Shown piece after piece: positions 1-64,000 of a stretch of 64,000 bases of DNA (positions are counted from its first letter, which is position 1; every line of letters starts with the position of its first letter). The translations under genes were made by a program, and so were the position numbers. A model generated the notes under the pieces. That model saw nothing but the letters and a program-made list of their open reading frames with translations. It was not told where the DNA came from and searched no databases. The stretch is from Heptranchias perlo (Eukaryota), in the NCBI RefSeq assembly GCF_035084215.1, contig NC_090326.1, forward strand, positions 79,050,001-79,114,000. Direction: 5' to 3'.

Positions 1-380
1 CTTAATATCTTATAAACTTCGATTAGATCACCCCTTAACCTTCGAAACTCTAGAGAATACAACCCCAATTTGTGTAATCTCTCCTCGTAACTTAACCCCT
101 GAAGTCCTGGTATCATTCTAGTAAACCTATGCTGCACTCCCTCCAAGGCCAATATGTCCTTCCGAAGGTGCGGTGCCCAGAACTGCTCACAGTACTCCAG
201 GTGCGGTCTAACCAGGGTTTTGTATAGCTGCAGCATTACTTCTGCCCCCTTGTACTCTAGTCCTCTAGATATAAAGGCCAGCATTCCATTTGCCGCCTTG
301 ATTATTTTCTGCACCTGTTCATGACACTTCAATGATCTATGTACCTGAACCCCTAAGTCCCTTTGGACATCCACTGTTTT
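1..380 (-). mobile_element. CR1-type LINE fragment (RT C-terminal region), cut by the window edge
   Basis: The reverse strand encodes the CR1 motif LYKTLVRPHLEYCEQFWAPHLRKD...LGLYSLE. Confidence 0.85.
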
Positions 381-1371
381 TATAGGAAGAAATACCTTAT
401 AAAGGGTATTTTAGCCTGTTTGTTTTGGTTTTTAACTATTGTAATACATATTTAATTGTGTCCTATTGCTTTTATATATCATTCAATCGGCCAATAAACG
501 TTACTTTTAGCCTGGACACATTGGTACGATAGCATGGTACTTTTTACCTTTTGATAGAACATGATGAGTATCCCATGTGCCCTCAATGTTCAATACTGTA
601 ATTAGGGGGTTGCTGTTACTCCTAGGGGCTGTACTATTAATAGCACGTATAAGAAAGCAGTTTCAGTTCATGGGAGACTCAATATGCTTACGGAAACTGC
701 CTTTTTGAACACAAAAGGACTGAGAAAGTCCAATCATAACAATCTTTATGATAGATTTTGTAAAATTTAAAAGTTGAATTGAAACAAAAATTATTTCAAG
801 ACTTCAAATTAAATGTATCTATCTTTATCATATGTATAGCTAAAATTTTATTTGCTGCTATATAAATCACATTTTCGCAGCTTTTATCTTCTACTGGGCA
901 TGGGTAAGTGGGAGTAATGGCCTCAGTCTTTAGATTCGAAAGAACACAACTAAAAATAAAAACAGTAGTATAAATTAAGGGTTTTTGATGCTATGGTAAG
1001 AAACTGCACATTAGAGGTGCTTTTTGTTTATTTTGGTTGAGCTTCTCCGTCAATAGTTTTAGCTGTTATAATTCTATAGTAGAAATTGTCTACTATCCAG
1101 TAATTTGCTTTGATTTTGGGAAACCTGCCGGTTAGCAAAGTAAGCAACTAGTTTATTTAACTTCAATTTTATTAATTGTAGGTGGTTTAATTATTTCATG
1201 GTATCTTATTTCTTTGAAAGTATCCCAGTTGTCATGGAATATAAAGACTACCCAAAATGATTTTTTTCTGTATATTAAAAATTAGATTGATGTAATTATT
1301 TTAGGTGTCATAATTCTAATTTTGGCTTTTTTTTAAAAAAAGGTTGAGCTAAGTGCAACAGATGTGCAAAG

Positions 1372-56462
<55,091 letters not shown>

Positions 56463-57291
56463 CTTTCCAACATGGACATTAAAGAAAAGTTTGTATTTTT
56501 TTGTAGTTGTATAATTGATTTTATTTTGTCAAATGCAAAACTGTATTTTTACAGAGCATAAGTACTGTGTGAAAGACTTCAATTATTTTTACTAATGTGC
56601 CTGTAAACAAAGTAATTGAACCACAATGAAAAGAATGGTGCATAACCCTTCATTAACGAGCACTTATTCTTTACTTTTTATTCAAAGACCATCTTTTAAG
56701 AAATTAACTTCTATAATAGTGAATAATCCAGCATCATCTCACTTGAAGAAACAGCCTTGTAATATTAGTTTGTTGTGATCTGTATCTTGTTCATTACATG
56801 ACTGAGAACTTGTTTTGTTGCTTATTTCTACCACATTCAATTGAATTGTATTTTGAGGGGAGAAAAATCACGTGTAAAAGCTGTGCGAGTTCAAGATAAT
56901 TATGCAAATGTAAGAATTTTGATATGAACTTAGTTGAACTCCACTTGATTTTGTAGCTACCTTGTATCCTGGCTTTAGTCATTTAAGTGGACACAGATAT
57001 TTGGTCCCTTTTTCAAAGACCTTTTTACAAACAAATGCTGCTTTAAAACATTAAACATGAGTGTTTCTAATTCTCAGATCTCTCCCTAACCATTGCATTG
57101 AGGTTGACTGTTAACTTCTGTATCAGAAATTGAAAATGCAAAAATCAGTCCTACTAATGTGGTTCAAGCTGCCATTACAGTGCTTTGTACAGAAATGCTC
57201 ATTGTAGTGTAATATTTACATACTGTTTTTTAAATATCAATTATTGAAGCTGATTTACAGTTTTAGAAACTACTTCCCAGCTAAAATGTTG

Positions 57292-57297
57292 AATAAA
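57292..57297 (+). terminator. Candidate poly(A) signal AATAAA in the HYCC1 3' UTR
   Basis: First clear non-repeat AATAAA I found after the stop, about 830 nt into an AT-rich UTR; others follow near 58071 and 58238. Confidence 0.35.
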
Positions 57298-57321
57298 ATC
57301 ATTTGAGTAAAATAATTTGGT

Positions 57322-57442
57322 ACACGGACTGCAGCGGTTCAAGAAGGCGGCTCACCACCACCTTCTCAAGGGCAATTAGGGATGGGCAATAAATGCCGGC
57401 CTTGCCAGCGACGCCCACATCCCGTGAACGAATAAAAAAAAA
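57322..57442 (+). mobile_element. Very short young LINE 3' end in the HYCC1 3' region
   Basis: Differs from the copy at ~43813-43930 at only two positions by eye. Confidence 0.9.
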
Positions 57443-57915
57443 GAACAAAAATTTCCTTTGTACAAACTGCTGTATATCATTCATTGAGGTTTTTATAATT
57501 CATTTCATTTCTCATTATTTTTGTGCTAGACAATATATTGCAGTTACTGAGTAAAGAAAGCCATATTAAAATGGACTTTTAAAGTTTATATATTTTACTG
57601 AACCATTAACACTTGCTAGTCGTGTAGTATTCTTTTAGGCAGTTATATTTGTGCAATTTTTAGTACAAAAATGGAATTGATAAGTCATTTTGTAACATAA
57701 CTCTTATTTGAACTTCCACACATTTTTTTGGTAGGATCACTGGGACTCAGTAAGAGCAGGAAATCAGCTATTCTCCTCTTTCCTCTCCCCTGCCCCCCCT
57801 CCCCCACCGCCAATTCTAGTGCCTAGATTAAGATAAGCCAATTTAGTGCAGATCAGGGGTCAAACCTGACACTTTCCTGGTCTGTATGACTTGGTTCCAA
57901 CAGTACTTTTATCAA

Positions 57916-58007
57916 TTGTAAACAATTTTACAACACCAAGTTATAGTCCAGCAATTTTATTTTAAATTCACAAGCTTTCGGAGATTTTCTCCTTCCTCAG
58001 GCAAATG
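57916..58007 (-). mobile_element. Penelope-like element terminal fragment (92 bp) inside a SINE head
   Basis: acaacaccaagttatagtcc...agctttcggag...ctccttcctcagg is a recalled PLE pseudo-LTR motif; flanked by TTTTATCAA / TTTTGTCAA. Confidence 0.75.
57966..58006 (-). ncRNA. Minimal type I hammerhead ribozyme motif (PLE-associated)
   Basis: Minus strand: AUUUGC-CUGAGGA-A-GGAG-AAAAU-CUCC-GAAA-GC-UU-GUGAAU; conserved core, 4-bp stem II, palindromic AAGCUU stem III, 6-bp stem I. Confidence 0.75.
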
Positions 58008-58829
58008 TTTTGTCAACTGAGTCATATGGATGCCTACATGATGCAATAGCATCAGCATTTAAATGATTTAATAAATAATCACTACATATTTTTATTGGAT
58101 AGATACAGATGAGACATTTAATAGTTGGTTTCAACAGTATTATACTTGGATATTAGTTGATGCCCTATATATTTATATTAACATTCATTTTAAAAAGCTT
58201 GAGCAACAATGTTCTACACTTTAAATATTCTAAGAATAATAAATATCTGATGTAGCAGTATTATTCAGATTTATTCCTTAAAGTTTGATGCAATAGTGGG
58301 AAGAACTAGTTGAAAAGACCACATGCATTCCATAAAAATTGAATTCATCTAAGTGTACACATTGTGTAACATGTGATTCCATCTTAAATATTTCAGACAT
58401 GCACTATAAAACAAACAATTAGAGAAACACCTACCCATCAGTTCTCTAAGTGATAGATAATAGGCACACCTGCTTTGGCTGTCTTTCTATATTTTGTAAA
58501 TTTGTCTTGACTAGAAATGTTTACTTTTGTATTAATACTGGCTTTAAGAATTCAAATGTATTTGTAACCATTTTAATTGTACTGTTTACAATTATTCTAA
58601 ATTAGTATTCTACATTTTAGAATGAGGGTTGACTGAATAATAACTCTCAATTAAAAATTTTAAAAATCAGCATTGCAGTTATCCAAGTTTTAGACAAATA
58701 ATATAAATTGGAGAAAGATCTAATAGACCTGATTTGTCAGTTTCACTAAAATGGAAGAATATGTCTTGCTTTCTGTTACATTTTTTGATTGAGAAGTTTA
58801 ATTTTTTTTTCACATTAGTTGTCTTGTAT

Positions 58830-59840
58830 ATCATGGTGGGTACAGCACAGGAGGCAGCCATTTGGCCTGTTGTGCCTGCACCAACTCTTCAAAAGAGCTA
58901 TCCAATTAGTCCCATTCCCCTGCACTTTCCCCATAGGCCTGTAATTTTTTCCCCCTTCATGTATTTATCCAATTCCCTTTTGAAAGTTACTACTGAATCT
59001 GCTTCCACTATCCTTTCAGGCAATGCATTCCATATCATTACAACTCGGTGTAAAAAAAAATGTTTCCTCATGTCGCCTCTGGCTCTTTTGCCGATCACCT
59101 TAAAATCTGTCCTCTGATTACTGACCCTTCTGCCACTGGAAACAGTTTCTCTTTATTTACTCCATCAAAACCGTTCATGATTTTGAACACCTATCAAATC
59201 TCCTATTAACCTTCTCTGTTCTAAGGAGAACAACCCCAGCTTCTCCAGTCTCTCTCCATAACTGAAGTCCCTCATCCCTGGTACTATTCTAGTAAATTTA
59301 TTTTGTACCCTCTAAGGCTTTGACATCCTTCCTAAAGTGTGGTGCACAAAATTGAACATGCTACAGCTGAGGTCTAACCAATGTTTTATAAAGGTTTAGC
59401 ATAACTTCCTTGCTTTTGTACTCTTATGCCTCTATTTAATAAAGCTCATGATCCCTTTTTTAAAAAAAACAGCCTTCAACTTGTCCTGCCACCTTTTAAA
59501 GATTTGTGTATGTGCACCCCCTTTAAAATCATTTAAAGCATTTACTTTGTATTGCCTCTCCTCATCTAACCAAAATGTATCACTTCTGTGCTAAATTTCA
59601 TCTGCTCATTTCTCCAATCTCTGTCCTCCTGAAGTCTGTTACTATCCTCCACATTGTTTCATGTCATCTGCAAACTTTGATATATAATGATTTGGACTTG
59701 TGTGTAGGGTATAATTTTAAAGAGTGGTGGTCCTCATACTTCCCTCCAGACTGAAAAACAACTGTTCACCACTACTCTGCTTTCTGCCCCTTTGCCAATT
59801 TTGTATCTATGATACTACCGCCCCTTTAATCCCATGGGCC
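58830..59840 (-). mobile_element. CR1 3' portion
   Basis: ORF 58898..59098(-) RGDMRKHFFLHRVVMIWNALP; collinear with other CR1 copies. Confidence 0.9.
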
Positions 59841-61524
59841 ATCAAGGAATTAAGATGCAGAACTGCAATTACTAACTGATACAATCTTTTAAATCATTAA
59901 CAGATGATTCTGAACTGTTCAATTGGTGGACAAATTTTATCTGTATGAAGTGAGGCCACTTGAAGCTTTCTGCAGCACACATTTTATACTGTTATTTAGA
60001 TGTTAATATCCATACGTAGCTTTTTATTTAAAGAAACAATTGGTGATAAGCTAACAGCCTTGGTGGAGAGCTCAAATTTGCTACTGGAAAACCTAGAAAA
60101 TTGGCATTGAAGTTATTGTCCTCAAAATCAGTATTTTCCAAGAAAGTAAACAAAAAGTTGTTTGTTAAAAAAAAAATCTTTGTTCTCTGGATGTGTGACA
60201 TTTATTACCATTCCCTCATTGTCCTGATAACTCTTTCATTAAGTTGATTTTCACAACTTGTCAAACCCTGAACACATCCAGAAGAATCTCTTCCCTTCTT
60301 TCTCACCCAAGTTATGTTTCAGCCAATACAAGAACTCTATTTGCTCTATAAAGATGCTCAGGAAGAGTTCCAAAATGTATTTTCTAGCAGAACTAGCTAA
60401 TTTGCCATTTCCTAGCCTGCAATACAGGCATTGGGATCAGCACAACAACCACTAGTCTCACTAGAAACTATGACTGACTTATTCACTGTCAAATAACCCA
60501 CTACAGCTCCCCTTCTAATTCGGGAGTGGAATGTTAAAGTTTGTGTTCATTCCTCAGGATTCTGCTGGCAACCTTAACAATATTTCAGTCGTTGGAGCTG
60601 TTGGCTATTCCACCAGCCTATGGGGAGAAACTGAATCCTAGAAAATTAAAAACTGGTAGTCTGTCAACATCTGAAAGACAAGTTTCCATTTTGGATAGAG
60701 ATAATTCCTAAACAAAAACCTTCACCCAGACAAGATAGTAATTAAACAGCTTCTCCCACTAACAGTGCTTATCCCTTGACAGACAAGGACCCCAGCAAGA
60801 GTACAGAAATACACCTCCTCCCTCAACAGTTTGTTCTATTACCTCTACAGCTGGAAACCAGCAATCCTCCTGGTGGCTCAATCACAGTTCATTCGCAGTA
60901 GCATAAACCTCATCGTTCCCGGTGCCCTCCACGGAAGACTAGTACCTTGTCCCCAAGAACACCATGCTCCCAAACACCTATCCCTATTCACTTGATAATT
61001 TTAACAAAAGTATAGGGTGAAATTCCTCTTCTAATAAAACAGCAGGATATTGTCTGTTTTTCTCTAATTCACCTGCTCACAAAATTGCATGTTCCACAGC
61101 CACAATTTTGTTAGTCAATAATTATGGGAATGAATGCATATTCCTGTTTTTTGTTAAAAGAATTCCTTGTTGGTTTCTGTCTTGTTTTAATTTGATTTCA
61201 TACAAGCCACAGTTTAGGAGAAGAAACCAGTAGCATAGTCAGAATTCAGAGTGATTTGCCTAACTGAGTAGATTCTCCTCTATGGCTTGGTTACCTCAAT
61301 ATTGACAGGACAAACAATAACTAGCTCTACTCAAACTGAAGAACAAGAACTGGTGAACAACCCTGTTGCATCCAAGTCTAAAGTGCACGACACAATGCCG
61401 GTGAGGATCATGATTGATGTTAAAGTAGAAAATCCATTTGATGACCCTTGAACCAAATCTATTACTTCTAGAATGTGAATTCCCATTGAATGTGTTTCTG
61501 CATCTGTGAGCTGTGCATTGCTTA

Positions 61525-62530
61525 CAAACATACAAAAATGACATGCCTGAAAAGACAAGTTGCTCCATCAAGCCTGTCCCACAGTTATGATGCCTGGAAC
61601 ATCATGACTAGACCCTATCCACCAAGAAGCCATGTAATCGCCTGGGAGAGGCAAAATAAATCCAGGGCTAATAAGGGGAAAGAAAGTCTGGAAAATTCCT
61701 CTCCAACCACCACCCCTCCCCCCCCCCCCCACCTCAGGTGATTGAAATCAGTTCAGGAGATGACGTGGACCACGTGTTGATTGTTAATCCACTTACCTTT
61801 TATATGATGTGATCTCTACCCCAGCCAAGAACTGGTCCTGCTTCCTTTTGAAGGTGCAGAGATTCAGCACACACCGCACATGCTGGCAAGGCATTCCAGA
61901 GACTCACTACTCTGAGAAAAGAAAAACTGTCCACCATCTAGCCTATTCTTACTCTTGCGTTGTTTAAATGCATGTCCCCTGGTCCTCTCAATCTGTCAAA
62001 CTGAAATAAATTAATAGGTATGCAATCCAGCCATTTCATTATTTTTATATACTTCTATCACATCTCTAAGTCTATGCTGCTCTAAGGTAAATAGACCCTA
62101 CCATTTGCCTATTGGAGCAACTAAGGTTCGTTAAGCTAGGAAACATTCTTGCAGCTCTCCTCTGAACTTTTTCCAAGGCAATTACCCTGCAAAGAGACCA
62201 AAACCAGGCTCAGTGCTCTAGATGCAGTCTAACCCAGGACAGAATGGTGTCCTCTGACTTATATTGAATGGTTCTATTAATACAACATGTTTGCTTTGGT
62301 TACAGAGTCTCTGCATTGGTTGTGAACCTCGAGTGATCTGTGCACAGTAACACCTAGATCTTTTTCTCTCAACCGCTTTCAGTATTGCTCCCTGTAAATT
62401 AGAAGTATATTCTATGTTGGTCCTACCTACATGCATCACACTGCATTTATCTATGTTAAATGCCATTTGCCATTATCTGGCCCATTCCTCTGGCGTATCG
62501 AAATCTTTTTGCAGAAGATTGTACTCCTCT
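61525..62530 (-). mobile_element. Old CR1 subfamily 3' portion
   Basis: ORF 62218..62466(-) MAFNIDKCSVMHVGRTN; VVSLWNALP-like remnant near 61890. Confidence 0.75.
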
Positions 62531-62939
62531 ACAGTCTTAGCTGTTATCGATGAAGTGCCTACCACAGATAAATCCAAATTGATTCAGATGAACCACTTTT
62601 GTGATTGAAATGTTGAGACACAAAGGTGAAGTTTTACCCCCAAATCATACTTACGAGGTTAGGAGGCAGTGTTGCTCAGTAACTTTTAGTCAAAGAACAA
62701 AATTCCAGCCAATACTGCAATATGTTACATCATGGAGTGATGGGACAACAGTCAGTGCCTGCAATTCCCCACATAATGAGCTTTTGACATAAATCATTCC
62801 ACTGTGGGCGGTTACTGAGTGGCATTTCCACACAGGAAGACCTGATGGACAAATTTTTTTTTAAAAAATCAGGCCTTCTCACTTCCTTTATGGAAGCTTA
62901 GATGATTCTACCTTCTAATAGAAAGAACAAACAAACAAA

Positions 62940-63292
62940 CTAGTGTTTACATTATGCCTTTCAAGTCCTCAGGGCATGCTAAAGCCCTTCTCAGTATTTT
63001 TGAAATGTATTGTTGGAATGTAGGGAAATGTGGCAGTCAATTTGCACACAGCAAGGTCCCACACATGGCAGAGATAAATAACTAGATAATCTGTTTTAGT
63101 GGTGTTGGTTGAGGGATAAGTGTAGGCCATAACACAGATTTCCCCTGCTCTTTAAATCGTGCCTTGATCTTTTACATCCACCAGAGAGGGCAGACAGGGC
63201 CTCCATTTAGTGTCTCACCTGAAAGACAGCACGTCTGATTGTGTGGCACTCCGTACTGAAGTGTCAGCCTAGATTATGTGCTCAAATCTCTA
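62940..63292 (-). mobile_element. Deu-domain SINE, cut at its tRNA head by a CR1 tail (63293-63763, -)
   Basis: gatctttttacatccacca.gagagggcagacagggcctc...gtcagcctagattatgtgctca; the CR1 tail follows directly. Confidence 0.8.
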
Positions 63293-63763
63293 GAATTACA
63301 CAGAATGTACAGCATTGAAACAGGCCATTTGGCCCAACAGTTCCATGCCAGTGTTTATGCCTCACATGAGCCTCCTCCCTCCATCATCTAACCCTAACAG
63401 CATATCCTTCTGTTCCTTTCTCCCTCGTGTTTATCTAGCTTCCCCTTAAATGCATCTATGTTAGTAGACTCAACTACTCCTTGTGGTAGCGAGTTCCACA
63501 ATCTAACCACTTTCTGGGTAAATTCAATTCCCTATTGGATTTATTAGTGACCATCTTATATTTATGGCCCCGAGTTCTGGTCTCCCCTGCAAGTGGAAAC
63601 ATCATCTCTATGTCTATCAGACCCTTTCATAATCTTAAAGATCTCTATCAGGTCACCCCTCAGTCTGCTCTTTCCTAGAGAAAGGAGACCCAGCCTGCTC
63701 AATCTTTCCTGATAAGTAAAACCTCTCAGTTCTGGTATCATCCTAATAAATCATTTTTGCACC

Positions 63764-64000
63764 TTTTTTTTATTCGTTCATGGGATGTGGGCGTCGCTGG
63801 CGAGGCCAGCATTTATTGCCCATCCCTAATTGCCCTTGAGAAGGTGGTGGTGAGCCACCTTCTTGAACCGCTGCAGTCCGTGTGGTGAAGGTTCTCCCAC
63901 AGTGCTGTTAGGAAGGGAGTTCCAGGATTTTGACCCAGTGACGATGAAGGAACGGCGATATATTTCCAAGTCGGGATGGTGTATGACTTGGAGGGGAACG
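63764..64000 (-). mobile_element. Young poly(A)-tailed LINE 3' end, inserted in the CR1 tail and running off the window
   Basis: ttttttttattcgttcatgggatgtgggcgtcgctggcgaggcc... Confidence 0.92.

Noticed and set aside
561-723. ATGATGA ... CTGA as a possible box C/D snoRNA
   Set aside because: No terminal stem or recognisable rRNA guide; these motifs are expected by chance in AT-rich introns.
60400-61060. Unannotated stretch that might be an LTR or enhancer
   Set aside because: I found no TG..CA ends with a TSD and no second copy, so no call can be supported.
61296-61571. Minus-strand ORFs as a possible exon of a neighbouring gene (TOMM7 or IL6 by human synteny)
   Set aside because: No recognisable similarity, and the ORFs partly overlap a CR1 tail.

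Overview
Vertebrate genomic DNA, almost certainly a cartilaginous fish (shark-type CR1/HER-like, L2, Deu-domain SINE and Penelope repeats). The window holds the complete coding region of one + strand gene, HYCC1/FAM126A (hyccin, a subunit of the PI4KA-TTC7-FAM126 complex). I assembled ten GT-AG coding exons by hand from 1372 to 56462, giving 1545 nt or 514 aa. A conserved alternative C-terminal exon at 51077-51330 gives a 414-aa isoform. The non-coding first exon and promoter are not visible and probably lie upstream. Most other ORFs in the track are fragments of transposable elements: CR1, L2, a poly(A)-tailed CR1/jockey-group LINE, a Tx1-like tail, tRNA-derived SINEs, Harbinger-type elements and MITEs, a solo LTR and a Penelope fragment. 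I cannot show a wholly new system. The best leads are: (1) a minimal hammerhead ribozyme in a 92-bp Penelope-type insert downstream of the stop codon; (2) the alternative C-terminal exon, which may escape NMD and removes a calcineurin-docking motif; (3) a ~1.3-kb head-to-head MITE palindrome and several inverted LINE pairs that bracket exons; (4) a templated insertion scar; (5) an overlapping uORF at the start codon. Repeat boundaries are read by eye and approximate. Family names come from recalled motifs, not from database searches.
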